Shown: positions 8,649 to 18,615, numbered from the stretch's first letter. The stretch is DNA of 64,000 nt from an uncultured Christensenella sp. (GCA_964386845.1 CAYLUH010000005.1:5680-69679), one strand, 5' to 3'. Numbers and translations are program-made. The notes: generated from the sequence alone by a model not told the origin.

Positions 8649-10169
8649 ATGGCTCAAAACGAAAACAAAAGTAAAAAAAGAGTGTTACAAGATATGCCTC
8701 ACAGTTTAGAGGCAGAGCAAGCGTTGCTCGGCTGTATTTTGCTTGATAACAGAATACAGGTTGAGGTTGCGTCGCTGTTAAAAGAAGAAGATTTTTATGC
8801 CGAAACGCATAAAATAATCTTTAACGCAATGAACGAAATTATCTTTAACAATAAGCCTGTAGACATAGTCGTTTTGTCAGACTATTTAGAAAATAAAGGT
8901 GAGTTAGAAAGTGCAGGCGGAATAGAATATATCGCAACGCTTGCCGACTATATGCCGTCCACTGCCAATTACAAAAGTTATTTTGACATTGTAAAGGCAG
9001 ACAGTATGAGGAGAAAACTCATACTCGGCGCATCGGAAATAATCGAAAACAGTAAACAAACGCAAAACCAAACGGACGCATTGTCGTTTGCCGAAAAGGT
9101 CGTTTACGACATATCGGACACTGTTGATACTGGCGATATGAAAAAGATAAGTTCGGTTATTCCCGACGTTATGCTTAAACTTGACGAAATAGCAAAGGAC
9201 AAATCGTCCACGAAAGGAATAAAGACGGGATTTAGGGGCATAGATAGTTTGCTTAACGGATTACATAAGAGCGACCTTATTATATTGGCTGCTCGTCCTG
9301 CCGTCGGAAAAACGTCTTTTTCGATGAACATCGTCGAAAACGTTGCCTTGCAGGGTTACACTTGCGCAGTATTTTCTTTGGAAATGAGCAAAGAACAACT
9401 TGTTCAAAGAATGATATGTTCTGTTGCCGGCGTAAGTATGAGTAATGCAAATAAGGGCATTATGAACAGAACGGAATGGTTAAAAATCGCAAAGGCGAGA
9501 GAAATGCTTGCAGGTGCGAAAATATATATCGACGACTCGGCGATGACAAATCCACAGCAGATAATGAGTAAGTGCAGAAGGTTAAAGGCAAAAGAGGGAT
9601 TAGACCTCGTTATGATTGACTATATTCAACTTATGCAAACTGCCGGAAACAGAAAGAACGACAATCGTCAACAAGAAATCACCGAAATATCCCGTTACTT
9701 AAAAATATTGGCAAAGGAATTAAACGTTCCCGTCATTGCACTTTCGCAATTATCCCGTGCAATCGAGCAAAGAAAGGGTAGACCTCAACTTTCAGATTTA
9801 AGGGAATCGGGAGCAATCGAGCAAGACGCAGACATCGTTATGTTTATTCACCGTCCCGACAAAAACGCAACGGAAAAAGAACTTGCCGAGGGAACGGTGC
9901 AAAAGAACGTTGCCGAAATCATCGTCGAAAAACATCGTAACGGTGGAACGGGTATCGTTAAATTATACTTTAAGGGTGAATGTACCAAATTCGTCGACCT
10001 TGCAGAAGACGGCGAGCCTGAGGGCGAAGCACCGTCAAGAAGCGACGACAGGTCTTACGGCGAAGATTTATCAAAGTTAGAAAAGGCAGATTTACCTTTT
10101 GACGTCGGCAGTGAAGAATCAACGAAAACTACCACGGACGGCGACGATTCGGGGGACTTACCATATTGA
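8649..10169 (+). CDS. dnaB: replicative DNA helicase (DnaB family; DnaC in Bacillus nomenclature) with C-terminal acidic extension
   Basis: PHSLEAEQALLGCILLD, Walker A AARPAVGKTSF, LSQLSR, RESGAIEQDAD and HRNGGTG. An extra 55-aa tail follows ..KFVDL. Confidence 0.95.
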   Translation: MAQNENKSKKRVLQDMPHSLEAEQALLGCILLDNRIQVEVASLLKEEDFYAETHKIIFNAMNEIIFNNKPVDIVVLSDYLENKGELESAGGIEYIATLADYMPSTANYKSYFDIVKADSMRRKLILGASEIIENSKQTQNQTDALSFAEKVVYDISDTVDTGDMKKISSVIPDVMLKLDEIAKDKSSTKGIKTGFRGIDSLLNGLHKSDLIILAARPAVGKTSFSMNIVENVALQGYTCAVFSLEMSKEQLVQRMICSVAGVSMSNANKGIMNRTEWLKIAKAREMLAGAKIYIDDSAMTNPQQIMSKCRRLKAKEGLDLVMIDYIQLMQTAGNRKNDNRQQEITEISRYLKILAKELNVPVIALSQLSRAIEQRKGRPQLSDLRESGAIEQDADIVMFIHRPDKNATEKELAEGTVQKNVAEIIVEKHRNGGTGIVKLYFKGECTKFVDLAEDGEPEGEAPSRSDDRSYGEDLSKLEKADLPFDVGSEESTKTTTDGDDSGDLPY

Positions 10170-10172
10170 CGT

Positions 10173-11168
10173 ATGCAGACGGAAATTTTACAGATTAATC
10201 AACAAAGTTTAATCAAAGCAAAAAAGATTTTAGACGACGGCGGGCTTGTCGGTATGCCGACGGAAACGGTGTACGGGCTTGCAGGCGTGGGGTTTTATTC
10301 GGAAGCCGTAAAAGAAATTTACAAGGTAAAAGGCAGACCGAGTGACAATCCGTTAATAGCCCACGTCCACAAGAATTACGATTTAACAAAACTTGCCGTC
10401 ATCGACAAACCTTATCAAAAAAAACTGATAGAAAAATTTATGCCGGGGCCACTTACGTTAGTGTTTTTCTCGACGGGCGCAATATGTAAAGAAGCCGTTT
10501 GTGGAGGAGAAACGATAGCAATAAGAATGCCGTCGCATAAAGGTTGTCAAAGGCTTTTGGAATTTGTGGACAAGCCGTTGGTTGCACCAAGCGCAAATAT
10601 TTCAAAACACACAAGTCCCGTTACGGCAGAGCACGTGTTTAACGACTTGAACGGAAAAATCCCGTTGATACTTGACGGTGGAAAATGCGAGGGGGGAATC
10701 GAAAGCACCGTTTTAGACGTTACGGACGACGTGCCTAGGATACTTAGGGCAGGGCTGATAACAAAAGAAATGATAGAAAGCGTTTGTGGTGCTTGCCTTA
10801 TTGCAGAGCATAAAGAGGGCGACAGGGTAAAATCCCCGGGCGTTAAGTACAGCCACTATATGCCGAAGTGCGAAACGGCAAGATTTACCGATACGGAGAT
10901 AGAAAAAGCAAAGGCTCTTTACGAAGAATACGTAACGAAAGGGAAACAGCCGTACGTTATGTGCGACGACGAAATTGCAAAACATTTTAAGGGTTTTAAT
11001 ATTTTAAGTCTAGGAAAAAATTCGCTTGAAATGGCGAACAATTTATACGACAGACTTTTGGAAGGGGAGAAAAAAGCGAGTATAATCATAGCGGTTTACA
11101 CCGAACGCTCTGACGGAGCGTATATGGGCGTGCTTAATCGCTTAAAGAAGTCTTGCGCAAAGAGATGA
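10173..11168 (+). CDS. tsaC: L-threonylcarbamoyladenylate synthase (Sua5/YwlC type)
   Basis: GGLVGMPTETVYGLAG, KGRPSDNPLIAHV, APSANISKHTSP, plus a Sua5 C-terminal domain. 331 aa. Confidence 0.92.
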   Translation: MQTEILQINQQSLIKAKKILDDGGLVGMPTETVYGLAGVGFYSEAVKEIYKVKGRPSDNPLIAHVHKNYDLTKLAVIDKPYQKKLIEKFMPGPLTLVFFSTGAICKEAVCGGETIAIRMPSHKGCQRLLEFVDKPLVAPSANISKHTSPVTAEHVFNDLNGKIPLILDGGKCEGGIESTVLDVTDDVPRILRAGLITKEMIESVCGACLIAEHKEGDRVKSPGVKYSHYMPKCETARFTDTEIEKAKALYEEYVTKGKQPYVMCDDEIAKHFKGFNILSLGKNSLEMANNLYDRLLEGEKKASIIIAVYTERSDGAYMGVLNRLKKSCAKR

Positions 11169-11608
11169 AAAAAATAATTTTTATATGCACGGGCAACACT
11201 TGTAGAAGCCCGATGGCAGAACTTTTATTAAAAAGTAAATTAAAAGAAAACGGACTTACGGGTTACAGGGTAAGCAGTGCCGGATTAAACGCAGAAGAAG
11301 GGCATAAAATAAGCAAAAACAGTGCGCTTGCGTTAAAGAGTATAGGAATAAAAAGTTATTCTTTCAAGGCGAAAACGGCAACGCCCGAAGCCTTGTCTAA
11401 AGCCGACCTCATAATCACGATGACAAGCGTGCACAAAGCCGTTTTGGCAGAGTACGAAAACGTGTGTACGTTCGGGGAGATTACGGGGCTCGGCGACGTT
11501 ATAGACCCGTACGGGCAAGATTTAAGCGTTTATTTGGAAACGATGAAGCAACTCGCACTCGGGTGCGACGAAATAATAAGAAAATTGAAAAATATAGGAG
11601 AGGAATAA
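11165..11608 (+). CDS. ywlE: low-molecular-weight protein arginine/tyrosine phosphatase (YwlE type)
   Basis: MKKIIFICTGNTCRSPMAE (CX5R P-loop) and a DPYG Asp loop. The ATG at 11165 overlaps the tsaC stop (ATGA). The ORF track offers an upstream TTG at 11153. Confidence 0.88.
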   Translation: MKKIIFICTGNTCRSPMAELLLKSKLKENGLTGYRVSSAGLNAEEGHKISKNSALALKSIGIKSYSFKAKTATPEALSKADLIITMTSVHKAVLAEYENVCTFGEITGLGDVIDPYGQDLSVYLETMKQLALGCDEIIRKLKNIGEE

Positions 11609-12060
11609 TGAAAGTTGCAATTGGATGCGACCACGGTGGAATAAACTTAAAACCGTCGCTACTTAAACATTTACAAGAAAAGGGCATAGAATACGTCGAT
11701 TACGGGTGCTATGATTCTAAATCCGTAGATTACGTCGATTATGCCGTCAAGGTGGCAAAAAGCGTTCAAAGTAAGGAATGTGATTTGGGCATTTTAATTT
11801 GTGGCACGGGCATAGGAATGAGTATCGTTGCAAACAAGTTTAAAGGAATAAGATGCGGGCACGCTCACGACACTTTTTCTGCCAGAATGACAAGGCTTCA
11901 TAACGACGCCAACGTTTTGGCATTCGGCGAAAGGGTTATCGGCGTAGGACTTATGCTTGACATCGTAGACGCCTTTTTGGAAACGCCTTTTTCCGGCGAC
12001 GAAAGGCATATTCGCAGGATAGAAAAAATATCGCAAGTTGAAAAAGACAACTTAAAATAG
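11608..12060 (+). CDS. rpiB: ribose-5-phosphate isomerase B
   Basis: MKVAIGCDHGG.., ICGTGIGMSIVANK. GGAGAGG lies upstream and the ATG overlaps the ywlE stop (TAATG). The tsaC-ywlE-rpiB order matches B. subtilis ywlC-ywlE-ywlF. Confidence 0.93.
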   Translation: MKVAIGCDHGGINLKPSLLKHLQEKGIEYVDYGCYDSKSVDYVDYAVKVAKSVQSKECDLGILICGTGIGMSIVANKFKGIRCGHAHDTFSARMTRLHNDANVLAFGERVIGVGLMLDIVDAFLETPFSGDERHIRRIEKISQVEKDNLK

Positions 12061-12068
12061 GAGAGTTT

Positions 12069-12944
12069 ATGTTAAAGTTAAAAAAGGCTATTATTCCGGC
12101 GGCGGGATTAGGAACGAGATTTTTGCCGATAACGAAAGCCGTGCCAAAGCCCATGCTTGCCGTGCTTGATAAGCCGACCATTCAATACATAACCGAAGAA
12201 TTGACGGAACTCGGGATAGAGGAAATCATAATAGTTATCAGTCCCCATTCCGACGTTATAAGAAATCATTTCGGAATGGCGGACGATTTAGAACAAAGGC
12301 TTTTGGAAGACGGTAAATACGAACTTTTGGAGATTGCCAAAGCGACGAGGAAGTTTAACGTTAAGTTTGCCGTGCAAGAAGTTGCCAACGGTTTGGCAGG
12401 CGCAATTCTTTGCGCAGAACCTTTTGTAAAAGACGAGCCGTTTGCACTTCTTTTGGGCGATGAACTTTTGTACACTGAAAAAGGGCAAACGCCTTGTATC
12501 AAAAAACTTGCAGAAATATTTGAACGCACGGGTAAAAGCGTTATTGCAACGATGGAAGTTTTCGGCGACGAAGTTTCTCGTTACGGCAACATCGGCATAA
12601 AAGACGAAAAAGACGGAATTATGGAAGTCGATAAAATCGTGGAAAAGCCGTCGCTAGAAGAAGCACTTTCCAACAACGCCATAATCGGCAGATACGTAAT
12701 GGCTGGAGGCGTTATGCAAATGCTTAAAAAACTAACGCCCAGAAAAAACGAAATATATTTTACGGACGCTTTGGACGAACTTGCAAAGAAAGGTCAACTT
12801 TTGGCAACGGGCTTTGACGGTGATAGGTACGACGTGGGCGACAAATTCGGTTATATAAAAGCCAACGTGGAATTGTCGTTAAAGAGCAAGGAAATAGGCG
12901 AAAAGACAAGGGAATATATCAAAGAGTTAGCGTCGAAATTATAA
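12069..12944 (+). CDS. galU: UTP--glucose-1-phosphate uridylyltransferase
   Basis: KKAIIPAAGLGTRFLPITKAVPKPML, EKP and VGDKFGY motifs. Confidence 0.92.
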   Translation: MLKLKKAIIPAAGLGTRFLPITKAVPKPMLAVLDKPTIQYITEELTELGIEEIIIVISPHSDVIRNHFGMADDLEQRLLEDGKYELLEIAKATRKFNVKFAVQEVANGLAGAILCAEPFVKDEPFALLLGDELLYTEKGQTPCIKKLAEIFERTGKSVIATMEVFGDEVSRYGNIGIKDEKDGIMEVDKIVEKPSLEEALSNNAIIGRYVMAGGVMQMLKKLTPRKNEIYFTDALDELAKKGQLLATGFDGDRYDVGDKFGYIKANVELSLKSKEIGEKTREYIKELASKL

Positions 12945-12960
12945 GATTTGGAACAAAGAA

Positions 12961-13278
12961 ATGTACGACAAGGTTTGTAAAAGTTGTGGATATAGATTAT
13001 CGGATTACTTTAAGACGGGGTATTTAGGTTGCCCCGACTGTTACAAGCAATTTCGAGAAGAAATACGTCCGTCGTTAAACAGAATTCAAATAAGCATAGA
13101 TTACAAAGGCAAGAGACCAAAACTGTCTTTTGCCGACAGAGAGATTTTGAACGAATACAACGCACTGCTTTTGGAAAAAGACAAAGCCTTTTCAGAGAAA
13201 CGGTTTGAAGACATAGAAAAAATCAACCGTCTTTTAAGCGATTTATCGGGCGAATTAAAAAGGAGGGGGATACTATAA
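12961..13278 (+). CDS. mcsA: McsA-like protein arginine kinase activator (short, single zinc finger plus UVR-like helix)
   Basis: CKSCGYRLSDYFKTGYLGCPDCY (CxxC-x14-CxxC). It sits immediately upstream of mcsB, coupled to it by a TAATG overlap. Confidence 0.75.
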   Translation: MYDKVCKSCGYRLSDYFKTGYLGCPDCYKQFREEIRPSLNRIQISIDYKGKRPKLSFADREILNEYNALLLEKDKAFSEKRFEDIEKINRLLSDLSGELKRRGIL

Positions 13279-14294
13279 TGAGCGTCAATATTCCCGACCT
13301 TGCGAAGGGTACGATAATAATGTCTAGGGTAAGGCTCGCAAGAAACGTCAGAGGCGTGCCGTTTAAGATAAAAGACCCGACCGTTGCTTCCGAAATGGTA
13401 AAAAAGGTTTACAAGGCGCTTGCCAAGGTGGACACCTTTAATTTATATTATATGGCAAAACTTCCACTTTCAAAAATGGAAGCGATGAAAGAAAAACACT
13501 TAATAAGCCAAAATCTTATAGACAACAGACTGTGCGGAGCGGCGCTTATCAACGAGGATAAAAGCCTTTCCATTATGGTTAACGAAGAAGACGTTTTGAG
13601 AGAGCAATGCTTTATGAAAGGTTTAAGGCTTTCCGAGGCGTACAACAAATTAAACAAAATAGACGATGAGTTGGCAAAGCATTTAGACATCGTTTTCGAC
13701 GACGAATTCGGGTATCTAACGGCTTGCGCAACTAATTTAGGAACGGGGCTCAGGGCGTCGGTTATGCTCTTTTTACCTGCACTCACTGAAAGTGGCGAGA
13801 TAGGTGAACTTGTGGAAATTTTAAAAGAAATGGGGCTTACCGTTCGTGGACTTTACGGCGAGGGTAGTGAGGCAGAAGGCTATATGTATCAAATAAGCAA
13901 CGAACTCACCCTGTCGTTATCAGAGCAAGAAATAATTCGTTCGGTGGAAGACGCAGTTGAAAGAATATGTAACGCCGAAAGAATTCAAATGAAAAAGTTA
14001 TACTCGAACAAAGAACTGCAAACGCTTGACAGAGCAAAAAAATCTTACGGAATACTTACTAACGCCGTACTTTTGCCGTATAGCGAATTTTTGAAACATA
14101 TTGCCAACGTTAAACTAGGCGTTGCGTTAGGAATGCTTGACTTTAACGATTTAGACAGTATCGACGATTTAGTCGTAAACGTAAGACCGTACAGCCTGTG
14201 CGAACTGTACGGAAAAAACTTGTCTCAAACGGACAGAGATTTGTATCGTGCAGAATACGTTGGTGGACGATTAAAAAAACTTGCTAATTTTTAA
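13278..14294 (+). CDS. mcsB: protein arginine kinase (ATP:guanido phosphotransferase)
   Basis: SRVRLARN, NEEDVLR, CATNLGTGLRASVMLFLPAL and RGLYGEGSEA are classic phosphagen-kinase-like McsB motifs. Confidence 0.92.
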   Translation: MSVNIPDLAKGTIIMSRVRLARNVRGVPFKIKDPTVASEMVKKVYKALAKVDTFNLYYMAKLPLSKMEAMKEKHLISQNLIDNRLCGAALINEDKSLSIMVNEEDVLREQCFMKGLRLSEAYNKLNKIDDELAKHLDIVFDDEFGYLTACATNLGTGLRASVMLFLPALTESGEIGELVEILKEMGLTVRGLYGEGSEAEGYMYQISNELTLSLSEQEIIRSVEDAVERICNAERIQMKKLYSNKELQTLDRAKKSYGILTNAVLLPYSEFLKHIANVKLGVALGMLDFNDLDSIDDLVVNVRPYSLCELYGKNLSQTDRDLYRAEYVGGRLKKLANF

Positions 14295-14311
14295 GCAAAA
14301 AGGAGGATTAT

Positions 14312-16792
14312 ATGTATTACGACCGTTATTCTGAAAACGTAAATCAGGTTTTAGAAATCGCCAGATTGTTGGCAAGGCATTATAACTGCCATTATATCGG
14401 GCGAGAGCACATTCTTTACGGGCTTATGAACGCTAAAGAAGGAAGAGCCGCCGCTATTTTAAAAGAGGCAGGCGCAGACAACGAAAGATATTTACTCTAT
14501 TTTAAAAGAACCATCGACCCGAATGCAATAATTCCGGGCAGTATGTACACTCCGAAAACAAAAAGGCTTTTCGAAAAGGCGTCGGAAATATCTCGTAGAG
14601 CAAACGCAGGTTTTATGGGTACGGAGCATTTGCTTTTAGCACTACTTATGGAAACTGACAGCGTTGCCACGGACATTTTGTTGCGAATGGGTATCAATAT
14701 AAACAAAATCACCATCGAACTTTACGATTCTATGTTCGGTGACGAAGAAGACGATTCTGATAGAGAAGAAAGCATATTCGCCTCTGGTTACACGCACAAA
14801 CCACAAGTATCCGAAAAGGAAGAAAAAAACAACGTTGACGAAGACTTGGGAGAACTTGCCAAGTACGGCGTCAACTTAAACAAAAAAGCCAAAGAAGGTA
14901 AGTTAGACCCCGTTATCGGCAGAAAGACGGAAATAGACAGAGTTATCCAAATTTTGTCAAGGAGAACAAAAAACAACCCCGTATTGATAGGTGAACCGGG
15001 CGTTGGTAAAACGGCAGTAGTAGAGGGACTTGCTCAAGCCATCGTTAAAGGTAACGTGCCGGAAATTTTGGCAGACAAAATAGTCTTTTCTCTCAACATA
15101 GGCAGTATGGTCGCAGGAACGAAATATCGTGGCGAGTTTGAAGAAAGATTAAAAAACACCATAGATTACGTAAAGCGTAACGGCGACATAATTTTGTTTA
15201 TAGACGAAATTCACAACATCGTCGGCGCAGGCAGTACTTCTGACGGAAGTATGGACGCCGCCAACATATTAAAGCCGATGCTTTCTCGTGGCGAATTCCA
15301 AACGATAGGTGCAACTACTATAGACGAATACAGAAAGTATATAGAAAAGGACAGTGCGTTAGAGCGTCGTTTTCAACCGATAATGGTCGATGCGCCGACG
15401 CCTGAGGAGGCGGTGGAAATATTAAAGGGGCTTAGGGATAAATACGAATCTCATCACGGCGTAAGTATTCCCGACGACGCCATTTTGGCGGCGGTAACTC
15501 TTTCCGACAGATATATCATGGATAGATTTTTACCCGACAAAGCCATCGACCTTATAGACGAAGCGGCATCGAGGGTAAGACTAGACAGTTACAATTCACC
15601 CGTAGAAGCAAAGGCGAAAGAGGCAGAACTGGAAAAACTGATAGCCCAAAAGAAGCAGGCTTCAAAAAGAGAAGATTTTGAAAGGGCAATAAAACTTAAC
15701 AAGGAGATAGAGCGTGTAAACGCAGAACTCGACGAAATAAGGAATATTGCAAGCAAAAACAAAAAGAATACCGAGCAGTTAAAAATTACGCCGGAAGACG
15801 TTGCAAACGTCGTAAGTTTGTGGACGAGTATTCCCGTCGTAAAACTAACGGAAACTGAAGCACAAAAACTTTTGGATTTAGAAAACGTTTTGCATCAAAG
15901 GGTAGTCGGGCAAGACAGTGCCGTAAAGGCTGTGTCGGACGCTATAAGGAGGGCTAGGGCAGGGTTAAAAGACCCGAATAGGCCTGTCGGCTCATTCATC
16001 TTCGTAGGACCTACGGGCGTCGGTAAAACAGAACTTACCAAGGCGCTTGCAGAAGCCGTGTTCGGCGACGAAAACTCTATGATAAGGGTCGATATGAGCG
16101 AATATATGGAAAAGCATTCGGTTGCAAAACTCGTCGGTGCGCCTCCGGGATACGTTGGTTTTGACGAGGCGGGACAGTTGACGGAAAAGGTAAGAAGAAA
16201 ACCTTATTCGGTGGTGCTTTTCGACGAAATAGAAAAGGCTCATCCCGACGTATTTAACATAATGTTGCAAATTTTGGACGACGGCAGACTTACCGATAGT
16301 AAAGGAAGAGTGGTAAACTTTAAGAACACCATTATCATAATGACGAGTAACGTCGGCGCAAGCGACGTTCAGCGCACGCAAACGCTAGGCTTTTCGGGAA
16401 GTAAAGACGCAGAGTACGACAAAATGTGTGACAGATATATGGATGCGTTAAAAGAAAAATTCAGACCGGAATTCTTAAACAGAATAGACGATATTATCAT
16501 ATTTAAAAAACTCACCAAGGAAGACACGTCGCAAATAGCCAACATACTCTTAAAGAGTTTGAACAAGCGTTTGGCGTTAAAGGATATCAAAATGGAGATA
16601 ACCGAAAGCGCAATGGACTTGTTGACGTCTAAGGGTTACGACGAAACGTACGGAGCAAGGCCACTTAAGAGGGTTATTCAAAGGAATATCGAAGATAAAC
16701 TCAGCGAAGAAATCTTGCGAGGAAATCTTAAAGAGGGTGGCACGCTCGTCATCGACGCAGAGGACGGAAATTTTGTTTTTAAAATGGACTGA
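14312..16792 (+). CDS. clpC: ATP-dependent Clp protease ATP-binding subunit ClpC
   Basis: Clp N-repeat domain, two AAA+ modules ([16 protein letters not shown]) and a UVR-type middle domain. 826 aa. Confidence 0.95.
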   Translation: MYYDRYSENVNQVLEIARLLARHYNCHYIGREHILYGLMNAKEGRAAAILKEAGADNERYLLYFKRTIDPNAIIPGSMYTPKTKRLFEKASEISRRANAGFMGTEHLLLALLMETDSVATDILLRMGININKITIELYDSMFGDEEDDSDREESIFASGYTHKPQVSEKEEKNNVDEDLGELAKYGVNLNKKAKEGKLDPVIGRKTEIDRVIQILSRRTKNNPVLIGEPGVGKTAVVEGLAQAIVKGNVPEILADKIVFSLNIGSMVAGTKYRGEFEERLKNTIDYVKRNGDIILFIDEIHNIVGAGSTSDGSMDAANILKPMLSRGEFQTIGATTIDEYRKYIEKDSALERRFQPIMVDAPTPEEAVEILKGLRDKYESHHGVSIPDDAILAAVTLSDRYIMDRFLPDKAIDLIDEAASRVRLDSYNSPVEAKAKEAELEKLIAQKKQASKREDFERAIKLNKEIERVNAELDEIRNIASKNKKNTEQLKITPEDVANVVSLWTSIPVVKLTETEAQKLLDLENVLHQRVVGQDSAVKAVSDAIRRARAGLKDPNRPVGSFIFVGPTGVGKTELTKALAEAVFGDENSMIRVDMSEYMEKHSVAKLVGAPPGYVGFDEAGQLTEKVRRKPYSVVLFDEIEKAHPDVFNIMLQILDDGRLTDSKGRVVNFKNTIIIMTSNVGASDVQRTQTLGFSGSKDAEYDKMCDRYMDALKEKFRPEFLNRIDDIIIFKKLTKEDTSQIANILLKSLNKRLALKDIKMEITESAMDLLTSKGYDETYGARPLKRVIQRNIEDKLSEEILRGNLKEGGTLVIDAEDGNFVFKMD

Positions 16793-16845
16793 TAAAAAGG
16801 ATTTTAAAATACGCAAAGCGTAATAAAATATAAGGGGGAATACTT

Positions 16846-17373
16846 ATGAAAGTAGAAATCACGTGTAGAAATTGTACAGCAAACGACCATTTGAGGAACA
16901 TTATCGAGCAGAAATTAGCAAAACTCGACAAGTATTTTGGAGAGAAAGAAGCAACTGCAAAAGTGTGTCTTAAAAAGCAAGCATCTTCCTTAACGACAGA
17001 AGTTATGTTAGACTACGCAGGAAAGTTTGTAAGAGCAACGGCAAGTAGCGATAATTTTTATGACAATATAGATATCGTATTGCCAAAAATAGAAGGTCAA
17101 ATCAGAAAGCACAGAACGAGATTCGACCAAAGCAGTAAGGTAACGGCATATAAAGAAAACGCAATTTATTTTACAGAAGAAGAAAAAGACGACAAGTCTG
17201 TCGTAAAAGAAAAACGTTTCACCTTAAAGCCGATGACCGTTGACGAAGCCATTGAAGAAATGGAACTTTTGGGACACTCTTTTTACGTGTTCCTAGAAGC
17301 AAAGACAAACAGCGTTCAAGTGCTGTATTTAAGAAACGACGGAGATTTAGGTTTAATCGAACCACAAATTTAA
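16846..17373 (+). CDS. hpf: ribosome hibernation promoting factor (long form)
   Basis: The N-terminal S30AE domain begins MKVEITCRN.., followed by a C-terminal dimerisation domain (..KRFTLKPMTVDEAIEEMELLGHSFYVF..). Confidence 0.9.
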   Translation: MKVEITCRNCTANDHLRNIIEQKLAKLDKYFGEKEATAKVCLKKQASSLTTEVMLDYAGKFVRATASSDNFYDNIDIVLPKIEGQIRKHRTRFDQSSKVTAYKENAIYFTEEEKDDKSVVKEKRFTLKPMTVDEAIEEMELLGHSFYVFLEAKTNSVQVLYLRNDGDLGLIEPQI

Positions 17374-17388
17374 TTTAATCAGGTAAAT

Positions 17389-18183
17389 ATGAAAACGGGC
17401 ATATCCACGGCGTCGTTATTTATGCGTTATCACACGGAAGACGCACTTGAGTTTTTAAGCAAAAACAAAGTTGAAACGGCAGAAATATTTTTAGAATCTT
17501 ACAGAGAATATAATAGTGAATTTGGAAAATTGTTAAACGGTAAAAAAGGCAACACGGAAATAAATTCCGTACACACCTTGACGACGCAATTCGAACCGCA
17601 ACTGTACAGCCTTAACGAGCGTGCGAAAGAAGATTCTTTCGAACTTTTGAAGGGCACGATGGAGTGCGCAAAGACACTCGGTGCAAAGTATTACACTTTT
17701 CACGGGCAGGCAAGGTTTAAAATCAGCCATAAATCGACAGATTACGACAGAGTGGGAAAAATAACTCAAGAGATTATAGACGCAATCACGCCGTACGGCG
17801 TAACGCTTGCATACGAAAACGTGCATTGGTGTGGATATAACCACGTCGGCTTTTTCAAAGAAATGAAAAAGCGTACGCACGGCTTAAAGGCGACGCTTGA
17901 CATAAAACAAGCAAGGCAGTCGGGCATAGATTGTAAAGACCTTATAGAGGAGATGTCGTCGGATATCGTAACCGTGCATTTGTCGGACGTAGACGCAAAC
18001 GGCAAGATGTGTTTGCCGGGGCGTGGCGTAACCGATTTTGAAACATTGTTCAAGAGACTCCACGGCGTTGGGTTTGACGGCTCGCTGATTATGGAAGTTT
18101 ATGCAGACGACTATAAAAGGGAAGAGGAACTGTTTTCATCGCTTGATTACATAAAAGAGTTGGCTCAAAAAGTTTTTAAGTAA
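17389..18183 (+). CDS. sugar phosphate isomerase/epimerase (xylose isomerase-like TIM barrel)
   Basis: The motifs ..GAKYYTFHG.., ..LAYENVH.. and ..HLSD.. match the AP_endonuc_2 TIM-barrel pattern. Confidence 0.75.
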   Translation: MKTGISTASLFMRYHTEDALEFLSKNKVETAEIFLESYREYNSEFGKLLNGKKGNTEINSVHTLTTQFEPQLYSLNERAKEDSFELLKGTMECAKTLGAKYYTFHGQARFKISHKSTDYDRVGKITQEIIDAITPYGVTLAYENVHWCGYNHVGFFKEMKKRTHGLKATLDIKQARQSGIDCKDLIEEMSSDIVTVHLSDVDANGKMCLPGRGVTDFETLFKRLHGVGFDGSLIMEVYADDYKREEELFSSLDYIKELAQKVFK

Positions 18184-18190
18184 AAATAAT

Positions 18191-18237
18191 AAAAAAAATA
18201 AATGCGTTTACCAATCACGGTAAACGCATTTTATTTT
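18191..18237. terminator. bidirectional intrinsic terminator between convergent units
   Basis: 12-bp perfect stem AATGCGTTTACC (18201-18212) / GGTAAACGCATT (18219-18230) with a 6-nt loop. It is flanked by an A-run upstream and TTATTTT downstream. Confidence 0.85.
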
Positions 18238-18342
18238 AAGCAATTTTAATTTGATGATTTCCAACGAATATGTGAGTAGAAAAGTAAAAAAGTGAGGTTT
18301 ATCCATTGTAAAGTTGGACTATGAAAATCAAGAAATTAACGA

Positions 18343-18615
18343 CTAAATTTCAGGTTTGTTTTTTTCTGCTTCGAAAGCGTCTAAAATAGCCTTGATAATG
18401 TCTTCTCTGGTTTCTGTTTTGATAGGGTGAGCAATGTCTTTATATTCACCGTCGTTAGTTTTTCTGCTAGGCATTGCAATAAAGTACCCTTCGTTACCTT
18501 CGATAACTTTAATGTCGTGAACGACAAAGCAATCATCAAAAGTTACGGAAGCCACTGCTTTAAGTTTGCTATCGTCTTTTTTAACGATGCGAACTCTGAT
18601 GTCAGAAATTTTCAT
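18343..18615 (-). CDS. spoVG: septation/regulatory protein SpoVG
   Basis: [50 protein letters not shown] is near-consensus SpoVG. Confidence 0.95.
   Translation of the reverse strand: MKISDIRVRIVKKDDSKLKAVASVTFDDCFVVHDIKVIEGNEGYFIAMPSRKTNDGEYKDIAHPIKTETREDIIKAILDAFEAEKNKPEI

Noticed and set aside
11464-11607. Upstream-extended starts offered by the ORF track: rpiB from 11464, plsX from 33719, comM from 45851, tcdA from 57081 and ywlE from 11153.
   Set aside because: The extensions overlap the preceding gene or add atypical basic or odd residues. Internal ATGs give canonical family N-termini and have SD sequences or stop-start overlaps (ATGA, TAATG).
12945-12960. CtsR operator (tandem GGTCAAA) upstream of mcsA or clpC.
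   Set aside because: The 16-nt spacer has none. The only GGTCAAA heptads I saw are isolated and lie inside coding regions (17095-17101 in hpf, 36519-36525 in smc).
16855-16873. parS-like palindrome around CACGTG (GAAATCACGTGTAGAAATT).
   Set aside because: Only the central CACGTG matches the parS consensus TGTTTCACGTGAAACA. The flanks do not match, and the site lies within the first codons of hpf.
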